A stretch of DNA of 64,000 nt from Lytechinus pictus (Eukaryota): positions 1,924,001 to 1,988,000 of the forward strand of contig NC_087251.1 of NCBI RefSeq assembly GCF_037042905.1, read 5' to 3'. The notes beneath the pieces are model-generated. The model did not search any database. It was not told the origin of the DNA and saw only the letters and a list, made by a program, of their open reading frames with translations. This document shows positions 39,128 through 53,256 of the stretch, one piece after another. Position numbers and translations under genes: made by a program. Numbering within the stretch: the first letter of the stretch is position 1; every line of letters starts with the position of its first letter.

Positions 39128-39298
39128 ATTGGACTGTATATATTGATATTGCAGTAAGGGTAATGTATCACTCGTTTAATTTATTCAGCATGTTCCAATC
39201 GCGTTAAATAGCTTAATCTTAACAATGATTCAAATATGCGTAGCGTATGGCACGCTAGAAGGGAATCAAATATTTATATTCGACACCAACTAAAAAAC

Positions 39299-40177
39299 TA
39301 TTTGACGCGGCAAAATTCTATTTGACAAAAAAATATATTTGACAAAAAATATATTTGAAAACAAATATATTCAATAAAAAATATATTTGACAAAAATATA
39401 TTCGACAAAACATGTATTCGACAAAACATATATTTGACAAAAATATATTTGATAAAAATATATTTGACAAAAATATATTTGACAAAATATATTTGACCAA
39501 AATATATTCGACAAAAAATATATTTGACAAAATATATTTGACCAAAATATATTCGACAAAAAATATATTTGACAAAAATATATTCGACAAAACATATATT
39601 CGACAAAACATATATTTTACAAAAATATATTAGATAAAAATATATTTGACAAAATTATATTTGACACAAAATATATTCGACAAAAATATATTCGACAAAA
39701 ATATAGTTGACAATAATATATTCAACAAAACACATATTCGACAAAACATATATTTGATAAAAAAATATTTGACAAAATTATATTCGACACAATTTTATTT
39801 GGCAAAATTTCATTTGACACAATTTCATTCGACACAATTTCATTTGACACAATTTCATTCGACACAATTTCATTTGACAAATTCGACACAATTTCATTTG
39901 ACGTCCTACACATTTGGCGTACCGTACGTGCGATGTCAAAAATATATTCGTCCAAATTTCATTCCACAAAAAAAAATTTCATTCGACCAAAATTCATTCG
40001 ACACATTCGACAAACTTTCTTTCGACAATGTTTCATTTGATAATTTTATATTTGACAAAATTTAATTCGAAAAAATAGTATTCAAAGCGCAAAACATTTT
40101 ATTCGACTAAATTTATTTCGATGAAATATCAATTCATTCGGCAAAATTTCATTTTACTACAAAATTTTGTTCGACAA
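39299..40177 (+). repeat. Array of ~14-16-bp repeats (TT(T/C)GACAAAAATATA grading into TT(T/C)GACACAATTTCA), probable subterminal transposase-binding repeats
   Basis: Dozens of same-orientation units starting ~50 bp inside the TATGG end. Confidence 0.9.
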
Positions 40178-40179
40178 AT

Positions 40180-40870
40180 CCTCACGCAGCTGGGCCACCG
40201 ATCGCGATAATACCGGCCGATAGTATATATAGTACTAGCGCAGCTCAGCCGCGGGATAGCTAGTGTACGCCGTAGACTAGACCGGGACGTCGGATCGGAC
40301 GGGACGCGTCAGGGAGCTAGTAGCAGGCCAGTAGGGAGCTGGAGCCGCCGCGCCGGAAGCCGTGAGTACTTTATGCCCAGGCCATACATGTAGATCTACG
40401 TCAAACTCAAGTCAAAGTAGATATAAAGTTATATTACTAGACCTACTACTACTACTAGTACTTTTACTAGGTCTACTACGGTAGTAGAGTCTAGACCCCT
40501 ACTAGTACTACTACGGTACCTCAGCTCGGCTCGGGCGAAGTTCGTGCAGGCTCCACTCCACTTCACTACCGGTACGTCTACGCTCCACCTACACCTTCGC
40601 GTAGGCCGTAGCTGGGTGGAGCGTAGACAGCTGGCAGTCGTCTGTTTCGAGGAGTTTTTCAACATTTTTTTATTTTTTTAATTTCTCCTCATGGTGAGTG
40701 AAGCCTACGGAGTTCAGCTGAACAACCAACATAACAGAGACTAAGCTTTTGGTCTAAGTGTAACTAGACTGTAGTGCCTAGACGTGGAGTGGAGCCTGCA
40801 CGAACTTCGCCCGAGGTATACTCCTACTAGTACTAGATCTAGAATCTATTGCCTGAGTAGGCCTAGCCCT
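40180..40870 (+). promoter_or_regulatory. CpG island; putative promoter / 5' non-coding exon(s) of the transposase gene
   Basis: Abrupt GC/CpG enrichment; donor-like GTGAGT at ~40362 and ~40694; downstream acceptor TTTTATTGCACAG at 44682-83. Confidence 0.55.
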
Positions 40871-40938
40871 AGAAAATCAATGTTTAAACACATTTCCTGT
40901 TAATCTAAATTTAACGTTTTTGGCACTTGTCCAATGTA

Positions 40939-41577
40939 GGGCGGCATATAATATAATATGAGTTGGGTGTCCGGACACGTAACAGAAATGAAACCTTGTT
41001 TTTATCTCAGGAATAAACCAAAAATATAGGTTGAATAGTTTTTTTTCACCATCAATATTTGTTCTTTATTATACAAATAATGCATGCAGCCGAGTGCGTT
41101 AGTGGAAATGCAGAGCACGCGAGGTTTCTTTAGATAGGAGTCGCACTGTGCACGAGCCGCTTGCGGCGAGTGCCCAGTGTGCTCCATCTGAAGAAACCGA
41201 GCTTTCTCTGCATTTACTTTTACGCACGACAGAGCAAGTGCATTATTTGTTTTATAAAATAGCAACACAGAAACAATTTTTTTTAAAGTTACAGTACAGT
41301 TTTGTTGGACTTCTACCGCACTGGTTTGCTCGAGCGTGCAATGTCAATTTTCGTTGCACACCTTTTGCACTACCGTGCAGTGCACAAAAAAAGTTGGATG
41401 TCATGTGACGCGTATTGACCAATCGCGATGCTTGAAATAATACAGCTATTTTATAAAATATTTTCTTATATTCTGTGCTAAAAAGAATTAAAGACATTGC
41501 TTGTAAACTTTTCAAAATTGAGAGTAAAAGTCATGTGTCCGGACACCCAACCCGTCCGGACACACAACCACTGGGTA
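40939..41577 (-). mobile_element. TA-flanked element with GTGTCCGGACAC motifs (same family as 15158-15396), with a nested palindromic insert
   Basis: Shares the TACCCAGT(G/T)GTTGTGTGTCCGGAC end; TA at 40937-38 and 41578-79. Confidence 0.65.
41066..41460. mobile_element. Palindromic repeat, possibly Crypton-derived
   Basis: ~190-bp imperfect palindrome (ACAAATAATGCA ... TGCATTATTTGT), then a tail ending CTATTTTATAAAAT. Confidence 0.45.
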
Positions 41578-43378
41578 TAACCCCTATGTCATGTGTGTAG
41601 TGAAATAAGGTGGTTGATGTTTGGCTTATTTTCTCTTGTTTTGGGGGATAAATGCTTGATTGTTTTTACTCTGTCAGTTTCTAATGTAGATTGAATTCTT
41701 TTATTTATTTTTCTGAATTAAAGTCTAAAGAGAGTCTGTGGAGATCACTTATCCAATGTACAAGGTTATAATATAACCTTGTCCTGAGTTGGTAACCCCT
41801 GTGTCGTGAAATAAGGTGGGTAATGTTTGGCTTATTTTCTCTTGTTTTGGGGGATAAATGCTTGATTGTTTTTACACTGTCAGTTTCTTATGTAGTTATT
41901 CATCATATAACTAGGGCTACTAGGCTATATAGGCTAGGGAATTCTTTTAATTATTTTTTCTGAATTAAAAAGAGAGTCTGTGGAGATGGAGATTGAAATC
42001 AATCTCAGTTTTCCACCACCAACAGAGGCCGTCACAAAAATATGTTCAAATTGAAACTTTTTGAGCGCTCTGGTGAATAAAAAGAATGACTCCCAAGTCT
42101 AAAATGAAAAGAAATCATAACTGAATGGGAACTGATTTATTGTCACAAAAGTGGTATTTTAAAGACTTTTTGTGTGTGTGTGTTGTATGATGCATAGATT
42201 CACCACAGACAGGGTGGTTGCAGAGTGCAAGTGGTGGAGATGGAGATTGCCATCAATTTTAGTTTTCCACCAATAGGTCGTCACAAAAATATGCTCAAAA
42301 TTAAAGTCTGAGTGCTCTTGTGAATAAAATAAAAATGATTCCTAAGTCTAGAATGAAAACAAATCATAACTGAATGGGAACTAATTTTTTATTGTCCCAA
42401 AGGTGGTGTGGTATTTTAAAGACTTTTTGAATGTGTGTTGTATGATGCATAGATTCACCATAGACAGGACTACCACACTTTTGGAGTGGCATTCAAAAAA
42501 GTAATTCAAAGTATCATATCTTGTGAATAAATGTACCATATTTTTGTAAATTGTCAGGTTTTTATGGTATTGATCATGGGCATGGCAAATTCAATGACAA
42601 TAGAATAGATCTCATTTTTTACCTATCCTATAGTATAGGATCAAGTGTCAGAATTGATTTCAAAATACCCTTCCCCCATTGCACCCCCTAGCCCAATGCA
42701 AAATTGCACACAAAATTTATAGTACAGAGCCTATATTGGGAGCATTTGGCAGAATTTTACTCAATATTCATTTGATTATTTTTCAAAAACCGATTCATGG
42801 ATTACTGTGAAATTTGGTAGAGGTCTATTATACACTATTTTCATCAATGATCAAGATCTGAAAAAATCAGACAATTTGATGAAGTGGGCTATGAGTATGA
42901 GATCAAAAAAAAAATCTTGTTGCCTCCCTACTCTGTCATAGGAACATCAGCATTTCTTGTAGATCTACAGTATTTACAATTGCCTGTTGACTTCCAAATT
43001 TTCCCTCAAAATTTCACCTTTTCAGAATGTGCTCATAATCAATCCAAATGTTTTCTGTTTGAAAAGATTAAGAAAGTTATTTGAGTTCAATGTTTTGGAT
43101 TTGACATCATAAACGAGCAGCTGCCCCATATGTTATGTAATATTAAATGCATGAATTTCAAATTTTGTATGGTTCCTGATGACTTAATTTTGTTTTCTAT
43201 TTATGATCGGGTGTGAAATAATCTTTTATTGATATACAAAATGTACAGTGAAAACCATATTCAATTTTCTGAGAAAATGACATTTCATTGATTTTTTACC
43301 ATTCGCTATGTAGGAATGCTGCTCGCATATGACGTCACAAATCAGATAATTGAAAGTCTAATAACTTTAATTCTTTAA

Positions 43379-43668
43379 AGGAGAATGAAACTCTTGGAGC
43401 AAGTTAGCTTTTGTGAAAGCAGAAAAATCAAAGAATAAGATCAACAAAACTTTGAGTAAAATAGGACTAGCAATAAAAGAGTTATGAGCATTTGAATGTC
43501 GAGATCACTAATGCTATGGAGATCCTCCCATTGGCAATGCGACCAAGATCTGTGATGTCACACACGTACAACTCTCCCATTTGGACACTGAAAATATACC
43601 CCAAAACATCTCTTTTTGCTCATTCTAATCATATGACAAACGATTCATCAATGATATAATGTTGTGAA
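43379..43668. mobile_element. Truncated Kolobok MITE (left half)
   Basis: Nearly identical to 58788-59078; preceded by TTAA. Confidence 0.85.
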
Positions 43669-44760
43669 ATATACTGATAGACATTTACCTATATTTTCAT
43701 GGGATACTTAAAATCTTTTGTGACCGAAATGTTTAATAGCTGGTTTACGCATTTGAAAATGGTCGTAAACACCCCAAAATCAATGTAAAACAACACACAG
43801 GGTTTTTCAGCACATTTCAAATTGGGATAAATCATAAATGAAATGCCTACAAACACAGTACAAGTATTGTCTGTAATGGTAGTCTGCAATTAGTGCTGAA
43901 AGGATATATGCATCACAAATAGTTTGTCTTATTGGCAATGACCTTGAAAAATACAGCTGAAAATCATCAAAAACAATAAATCAGGTAAATTTTCCGTAAT
44001 TATAGGGCGTTAGAATGTGTTTACACTGACTTTCACTTGTGTGTCATCCAAGTACTCATTGTGGACTACCAATACTGCAAAGATCAGCATGATCCAAAAA
44101 AAAATTCAATACTGAAATGTGTTCTAAAGCTCACAGGTGTTGTGAATATGCTAATCTAAAGGTATTTACATCTTTTTTTAGATCAGTGTCAAGGTAAAAA
44201 AATGAAGATATGACTTGATGTATTATTTGGATATCAAAATAGAACCAGAGGATCGTGATTTGCGATTATCAACTTAAAGTCACAATAAGTATTGAAATGC
44301 CATAAAAGTGAAAGTCGGTGTAAGCAATCTGAAATAATCGGATATTGGCAGATAATTTATTTTTGTGTGAATTTCACCTGTATTTTAAAGGTCATTGTCA
44401 TGTAAGACAAATTAATTGATAATATTTCATCCAAGTACTCATTGTGGACTAAGGGGGTCGGGTGACAAATTGTCTGAAAATTGGTTGATTTGATGTGGAT
44501 TGACCCATAAAATGATTAATTATTGCATTGTTCTGTATCACACCCATATCAGATTTGTAAATATTTCTTCTGTTTTATACTTGACCAGCAAAATCTTGAT
44601 TATTTCCGGAGTATTTCAACTACATTTTACTCCATTGCTAATTGTTTCTTTTCTTATTTCATCTTTTTGTTTTTATTGCACAGGAAATTTTTGATTGCTG
44701 AAGGCTGAAGGCAGCTGTTCATTTTGGAGTTTCAGAATTGATACATCACATCTGGCCAAT

Positions 44761-45563
44761 ATGTTTTTTCTTCAAAGACATTTTGTGTACATTTGCGCAC
44801 TGAATTTAATTGCATGGAGTGTAGGCATGCCACCTCGGAGAGCACAGGATAGATCTGCCAATGACTTAACTCAGTTTGTGAACAGTTTGAGAGGATTTGT
44901 TGGAGAAGTGTCTGGTATGTTATCCCGTCCTGAGCATGCTGGGTTCGCTCATCTTTCTATGACTGGCTTTGGCTTTTTAGATAGCTTGAATATAATGAGC
45001 AACCAACTGTTAATATTTTTGAATGACCATGAGGCTGCTCAAATAACGAACATACAAGAAGCTTTGAGAGCACTTGTAAATTTGCTTGAAATGGCTGGAA
45101 ATGATTATGGAGATTTGGATGTGATTCAAATGGATCATACTGCTAATCATGACCTTATGATTATTCCAAGGCCTGTTGGTCGACAGAGAATCCCTGTTAG
45201 TCTGGCGCAGATAGAAATGTTACATGGAATGGGATTCACATGGGTTCAGATGGCAGATGTGTTAGGAGTTTCTGTCAGAACTCTCAGGAACAGAAGACAC
45301 GAGTTCAACATGCCTTTTGGCAATGCAATATATAACAATATGACTGACCATGAAATAAACAACACAATAACAAACATCCTAACAATATCACCCGGAGCAG
45401 GTCAGTCAATGATTTTAGGAGCTCTCCGGCACAGAGGACTGCACCTGCCACGCCACAGGGTTCGTGATAGCATATTACGAGTCAATCCAGTTGCAACTGC
45501 TCTACGTCGTCGTTACCATATTAGCAGAAGGAGATACAATGTTGGTCAGCCTAATGCTTTATG
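44761..45563 (+). CDS. IS3EU/IS3-IS481-like DDE transposase, coding exon 1 (N-terminal HTH region)
   Basis: GRQRIPVSLAQIEMLHGMGFTWVQMADVLGVSVRTLRNRR (HTH), G..MILGALRHRG...RVRDSILRVNP, RRRYNV..PNALW; donor TG|GTAAGA. Start may be ATG 44761 or 44827. Confidence 0.88.
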
Positions 45564-46504
45564 GTAAGAAAATCATTAAAACATTGATGGATATCTTCCA
45601 GTTTGTAATGATGAACAGATGCCATTACAAAAATTTCTTGTTTGAGAGGACTTCAAGTACCCTATACTCCATTTGTGTGATACATATGTCTCATAAGATG
45701 TAAACAAACTTCCTACATTGTATTGACCACAGCCCAAATATATATATGTAATAAGGCCAGTTCTGAACAAGTTGGTACTGCTCTTGCATTTAATATAATT
45801 TGTTAGTTTAATAGCTACATGTAAGGCAGATGATACAGTAATTGGACCAAAATTATTTTCTATGTGTAGGTATTTTTTAGTCCACAAAGAGTCAGCCACT
45901 CAGAACCACAATTAATTACAGAAGCGCTGGTATGTTTATATCAAGGTTTAAAAAAAAAACTGGGAAAATCTAAATTTTTAGAAACTTTTAATGCATTGAA
46001 ATTCATGTAGGAAATAGGGGATATGTGTGCAGGTATGAGGTGGAAAAAATCATAAATATGCATACACATAAAAGTTCAATCTTTTTCATCGGATGCTTTG
46101 AATAGATTAAAATATTATGAACCCTGGATTAGTAGCCTAGATGATACATTTATATACTGGTATGTTACTCTCTGATTAGATTTTTTAGGCTAAGCTTACA
46201 CTTGATGTTTAATTACATGTAACATACTTGTGAAAAAAGTGACAACAAACCCCCGCCTCCCCTAAAAAATCAGAGTTTAATTGATAGATCTTTGCATTAC
46301 TACCAAGGGGATTTTTTTTTCACCAGAGATGGAATGTTGTCAAAATATTGTTTGATAGGCGTATATTGTTCAGGGACCTTCCTGAACAACTTAGATTGAC
46401 TGTACAATGGCAATATGTTGGTGGTGAAGAATGACAGCCATATTTCAAAATGATGACATACATTTGAACGATAGTGAGACAATTTTAAAGTTTAAACATT
46501 TTAA

Positions 46505-47107
46505 CCCTAATCCCTTTTAGCCCCACCCCCTCTGTCAAATTTTTTCGCTGTGCATCTAGACCGATCAGAGTTTCACGTTCATACTTCATGACTTTATTCT
46601 CTTGAGTCTCCCGCATATTTTGATATATGATTCAACCCGGTCATAAGTGTAGAACTGATTTTAGAGGTCGATAATTGCTCGACCGAAATTCTTCCCCCTC
46701 CCCCCCCAAAAAAAAATATATATATATATAAAAAAACAATGAAATACATTAGAATAAAAACAATGAAATACAAAAGAAATAAGGAAATATTGTACATGAT
46801 TTTCAAGCAATATTGCATTATTTATGCAAATTGGTGATATTTACAATGAAAGACATGAATATGATGAATTATGTACATCATTTGAAAGTATTCTTATAGA
46901 AAACCAGAAGAAAGTAATTTCTCATATTAGATGAAAATTTTTAAAACAAAAATAGCGGTCCAATTTTTTTTTTTTTAATTCTAATTCTTCTTGATGGTTT
47001 TACGTTTCGAGTCGATCGGTACATTCGTTGCCGAGATCTTGAGGGGGGGGGGCAAAATAGCCGCCCATGGACTCAAATCCTCAAAACAGCCCAATGGGAT
47101 TTGGGTT
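46505..47107. mobile_element. piggyBac-like non-autonomous element in the transposase intron
   Basis: TTAA+CCCTAATCCC left end, GGGATTTGGGTT right end (degenerate); related fragment at 56885-57597. Confidence 0.5.
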
Positions 47108-47782
47108 GCAATAGAATGCCAAATATTGCATTATGTGTGTGGTATCATACTTAAAGGTAATTGAATTCTATACAAGATGGTGATAATAATAATAATAATC
47201 GTGCATTTCACAAAAATAAATTGGTTCCACATTTACTGGATACAGTGTGGTCATTTAAAATTGTCTTCCAGAAACATGATTTTAGGATGGCATGTAAATA
47301 GAACTACAATATCTATATTACTGTTTTGTTGTTTCATAGGGAATAACTCGTAATTTGCTCTTGATATAACCATAGTGCACTAGTCTTGGACTTACAGTGC
47401 ATTGTGGTTTGATCTTGGGCAATGCCTTTTGGTATATTAAGTACATACACATGTATTTCATATTTCTAATTAAATTTTTCTGTGCATATAGAGTAATCCA
47501 CACTTGCACAGTAAAGGCGACCACACTGACATATATATATACCATTTTGCATGATGCGACTGGCACCTGTGCATCTTTATCGAAATCTTTGCTTAGAAAG
47601 CATGTACATGTAATACTGATGCGTACAGTAGTTGCCGGTTGCATCAAATGAAAATTGTATATTATAAGTAAAAAATATGTTGAGGCTAAGGTTGCATTAT
47701 ATCTTACTTGTACATAATTTATATCATTTGAAGATGCACTTATTTGTAACATCTACATGTATTTCAATTTTTTAATTTGCAG

Positions 47783-48536
47783 GCATGTGGATGGAAATCA
47801 CAAGCTCATTCTATGGCGTTTAGTCATCCATGGAGGAATAGATGGATTTTCAAGAACAGTTGTTTTTCTGCAATGTGTAAATAATAATAGAGCAGACACC
47901 GTTTTACATGGCTTTATAAGTGGTATACGTTTGTTTGGTCTACCTCAACGGCTTAGAGTGGACTATGGAACTGAGAACTTTGCCATAGCAAGATATATGC
48001 TGGAGGAGAGGGGATTGGGTAGGAGTAGTGTAATCACAGGTAGATCTGTCCACAATCAACGTATCGAAAGACTCTGGAGAGATGTAAATTATGCAGTGCT
48101 TAGTGGATTTAGACGTACCTTTTTTTACATGGAAAACAGTGGTCTCTTGAATCGGGATTCGGAATTGCATATTTTTGCATTACATTTTGTGTATATTCCA
48201 AGAATTAACCGTGCCTTACAACATTTTGTGGAAGCCTGGAACAATCACAGACTACGAACAGCAGGTCAATCCCCTCTACAGTTGTTTTATTCTAGTGTGC
48301 TTGTACAAGATGTTAACATTGACAATGGTAATTTAGAAATGTATGGTGTTGATGAAGCAGGAGTACCAGGGGAAATGCAAACAAATAATCATGTATGTGT
48401 TCCTGCAGTAAATTTAAACATAAGTGAAGCCAATATGAATCATTTAAATACAAATGTTGATGTCCTTGCAAATGACAACAACAATGGGATTAATATTTTT
48501 TTGGATGTTATAGATTTCCTCAGTACTCTCCATTAA
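47783..48536 (+). CDS. IS3EU/IS3-IS481-like DDE transposase, coding exon 2 (integrase catalytic core)
   Basis: Acceptor TTTGCAG; the splice rebuilds WHVDGNHKL. Motifs HGGIDGFSR, RVDYGTEN, HNQRIERLWRD, WNNHRL give a D-56-D-34-E triad. Spliced ORF is 518 aa with no stops. Confidence 0.92.
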
Positions 48537-51500
48537 ATTATCCCCTTGCAGACAAACACACCAAGGTAAACGTATGTACCTATTGTTATGAAAATTGTTT
48601 ATAATTAGTTTGCAAAAAGATTTTTTGTCATTTCTTAGCCATAATGTGTTGTTACTATAGCAATGCCCTTTCTCATAAGTACTGTTGAAAAATGTGTCTT
48701 GCACATCTACACCTCCAACCAAACATCTATGCCAAATATCATGAGAATTGCTCAAAAATTGAGGAAGTAGTTTGCTCCTCAAGGTTTTCTCCCATTTTAA
48801 TCCATACTGTATGCTGTTACCATGGCAACACACCTGCTACTGGGTCAATCCATACCAATTCACCAACCCCCCAAAAAATAAATAAAGTAAATAAACCCTA
48901 CTCCATCAACTGCTTTCTCAGAATGTATTCAAATTTGGTACACATCAAATTAAACAATTTGTCAAGCCTGTATCAACAACAAAAATAGTGAAAGCCATCC
49001 ATCGGTTCTTGCGCTACGGCCCACCCTCTTTTTTTGTTTTAACCAAAATAGGTATGGCTACCAATTTTCCAACGGCCATTGTATACTAATCCTGTGTTTT
49101 GAAAATTCACTGTTGCCCCATATATTAATAATTGTGTTACTTTCTAGTTTCAAGTGCAGCTTTCTAATCAATGGGCGTGTAAGGTTTACATTAAAAAAAA
49201 TATTGTCCAATTAATAGGCCTACATATTTTTGTATTGGCTTATGAATGAAGATCAACAGAAAGCAAACGTAATGTTTTTTTTTTCTGTACTTATACTCTA
49301 TTGAATCATCAGCGACTCATTTCCACAGTTACATTTTCTTATTTAAGATAGTTATTATGAATATTATTGTCTACAAAAAGTTACATTATGTTATTTTTCT
49401 TATGTTGATTATTGTTTATTACCATTGAATATAAATAAAAATATATATATCTATGGCAATTATTTTTCCTGTACATGTATGTTATAAATGTATGAAAATA
49501 ATTTGTATTACTTGTGTTCTGTTGGAAAATAAATTGAATTTAAATTTGTAATTTCAAATTGTAGAAGAATAGATTGAACATTCAGACTTGTAAATGCTAT
49601 ACTTAATGCAAATTCATGTAGTATTACATGGGGCAACAATGACATTTTCAATCAAAGTATGGATGCATTTGAGATGATCTAAAATATGAACAAAGAAAAT
49701 AATTTTTAAACTTGGTGCAACAGTATTGTCATTCTCTACATAAATTGTCAAGAATATTAATTACACAAGTTAGGAAGGTGTTATATTGTATGTTAGTGCA
49801 AGCTTAACAAATGCAACTTTCTTTTGACATACTGTACAGTCCCATTTATTTGATCACTTTGTATTATTATAATGTAGTGAGGTTTGGGGCTGTGAACAAT
49901 CTATGAAATCTATGTACTTGTAGTTGAAGTTTACAATCAAGTAAGTTTTGATTAATACAGGTTTTAATAAGGATGTGGAATTGTCATCTATAGGCTGATG
50001 GGTTTATTGCATAATGGATTCTGAGAAAAATGAAATGGGCTTTTTAACATTTTTAGCCAGGAATGGAGAGTTACTACCACATGGTGTAATCATATGTGTT
50101 ACAATTAGGTATACAATTTTTAAGGATATGAAAATTTTAGAGGTGTTTCCAAGTTATGTTCCTTGAGTAAGTTATTGTAATGCAAATGCAAGTATTTTCA
50201 TGAAGAAATGCTCTGTTTTTGTCCAGATATCAGAGAATCTGAGATTAATGATTATAATCTTTGTGTCCTTTTTTCCCCCCATTTTTAAGGAAATATTGTA
50301 CCTGTCAGATACATGTACTTTGGTCTCAGATATGCCCAATGCATTACACATTTCTCTTCTCCAACAGATGCCGGCCATGTAAGAAAGCTAGCCGAATTTG
50401 TCAAAATGATTGTTACAATTCACCTCAAAACCAAAGAAAGTAGAATTGACTTTTTTTTTCATTGGCATCAGAATTTGGAATTCGGGGCGCAATTTGCTTG
50501 TCCCGTGTGCCGTTATCCATAGATGCACCACGCTTATTCTGAGATCTCTAATTTGACAATGGTAACTTGATCTTATGAAATCCTTGGTACAAAGAATTTT
50601 TTGTAGTGAATGAACAATATGAGGAAACCAAAAACATTTAATTTGAAACGGTTTTATCAGAACTTTGTACCATATTGATTTTCCAATACACGTGGGTGGG
50701 GCACAAGGTGTGACATTTCAGATGTAAAAAAAAATGACACCTCGTAGCATCTTGACACATTTTGTAATGTTCTTTTAAGGATGAAATTGTATAAAGGAAT
50801 TTGAGATATTTAGCCTACAAACAATAAATGTATAGCACATTTAATGTTGAGTTTATTATGCTGAAATGTATTTTTAAATACAGTATCATTATGCTACATG
50901 GACATTGCCCCAACTTCATGGAATGTACATGTGAACATATATTTGAAGCTACATGTATATGTTTCTTGCCATGTAAATATGCATCATTGAATGTTTCATG
51001 TTTGGTCTACAGGGTTTCAATAAAATCAATCAATATTAAGCCGATTTATGGTTTAGGCAAAGTCTCTAAATTACGTCATTTACATGGAATGTCTTGGTTG
51101 AGCGAGTGAAAAATGTGTAAAGCTGAAAGAAACTAAAAATTTGCATGCTGATGGCATATATGATCGTGTGCAGTTGTTTTATGCATCTTAATGGTAGTAG
51201 CTAACCCAACATATATTTTATTAAGAAACAAGCTCATTTCAATTTTAAATTACATATGATAGAAAACTACCATGTTATCAATTTTACAGCAATACTGTAA
51301 TTGTGTGAAAAAGTGTTTTCTCTTTAGTGTCAGGAATTTGCTTTTGGAAGATGCCTTTAGAAAATGAAAAGAATAAAGGAAAGTTTGTGTTACAATTTCG
51401 TACTGGGATCTGAAACTTGAGTTGAGGCCTAAACCTTTATACAGGTTAATGGCAACTTACAAATGCATGCTTCTACCTTGAAATTTATGTAGTTATACCC

Positions 51501-53256
51501 TAATAATTATTACAAGTTGGCCAATGGCAGACTTCATTATGGTTAGGATACATCATTTCAGCATTTATTTCAACATATTATGCTCATCTCCAACAATAAA
51601 CACTAAATGTCCAACACGTATCAAAACTGCACATTAAGCAACTATTGTAAGTAAACAAGAACTTTAATGACTATTGTGTAGTCAAATATTCAGTATGCAT
51701 AACAATGGTACATATAACAATAGAACAATAAACATCCTTTATAACAAGAGTTCCAGGATATATGTTGCTCACCAGAGCAATGATTGATTTGCCTACCACC
51801 AAGGTTGTTACATACCACAAAAACAATCAAAATGCATCCCTTTGTCTTTAGAATATTTGCGTCTGACGTCTCTAAATAGTGACATTCCAAAGTTTGGACC
51901 TGCCCACATGCACAAATTGTCTTATTTTGCAATGCCCTGTTAACAAAGGCTTTAAAAAGTGAATCAAACTTTCTCAAAACAAACGTTCTGATTTACACTT
52001 CTTATAAGATTTACAACACATTTTTAGTTGAGAGAATCCTTTTCTGGCCGCATTTTGTGCACTCCCCGTTTATACACTTAAAGAATAACAAGTGGAATGC
52101 CTCTGGCAGTCTCGCCTGCATTACGCAATTCAGTATAGCTGCAGTGCTGACTTTGATGGTTAACGTTTGTTCATTTACCCTAAATTACCTTTGACCTTGA
52201 TCCATTACAAGATTGCACGAGTAGTAATCCAGAAGCTCAGAAGTCATTACTTTGAAATAAAAATAATATATTCATTTGCGACACAAGGTCTTACAAATTA
52301 TCATCTATAGATATAGAGCGTTTTAGTCATACATGTACATTAACAACGCATACAAAAATTGCAGTATAAGAGTGTATCCCTAGAAAGAAATGAATCCTTT
52401 TGATGGCTCAGATAAAAAATCATCTCGAGTACTACATTTTGCATAAATCATTGATAAATCCAAGAGGGAAGAACCAATCTAGTCAGTATTTAAGCATATG
52501 ATGATAGCAATGTACACAAAGATACATACAGTAATCATGTGCATCATTGGCTGTCTACAGATGAGTTTAACACTGAGCAATGTATTACTGTGTAGTATTA
52601 AATGTTCACATACTACTTTGCCATCAAAAGTGTAATAATCAAGGTCAAAAGCATAGTGGCATAATTTGACATGAAAATCCTAATAGCTATGACTTTTTCC
52701 TACAAGTTGGCAGCTCTGGATTGCTCTTATTCATTTACAGAAATGTTAACTTTACATATGGATAATCTTTGTATTATTGCCATATGGTCAACTAGATACT
52801 AAGTTCAAAGACCTCTTAGTTCTTTAGCTTCAACTTTATGGTAAACATGTATGTGTCCTATATAGATTTAAACAATCATAAGATACTATTGGATTGCCAC
52901 TACCTTTCTGGTGAATTCACCTATTCAAATTTATCTCACTTGGGTACATTTGTACAGTTTACACAATACATTAAACTGATTTTGTGTAAAACCTACAGCT
53001 CGGACTATCTCAACATTGTGGCCATGTCATCTTTAAAACAAGTATAAATATTAATGCTATATCCTTATTAAAACACAGATTATTTGATACACAAAAACAT
53101 GTGATTCAACCAAAAAAAGTACTGGATTGATTTGACATAAAAATAATACTGGATTATCACCTTAGATTGCATCTTGGTCCAAAGTCTATCTTTGGTTGAG
53201 ATTTAATGTTGACACTATTGTCATCGAGAAGCGGTGCCAATAGTCTTACTTTGCTA

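Noticed and set aside
39298..40065. Repetitive ORFs (KNIFD/CQIYF/SNEIV repeats) in several frames
   Set aside because: By-products of a 15-bp DNA repeat that is open in many frames on both strands; no splice or start context.
41580..42470. Local direct duplications (~41581/41795 and ~41972/42230)
   Set aside because: Ordinary diverged intronic duplications with no coding or terminal structure.
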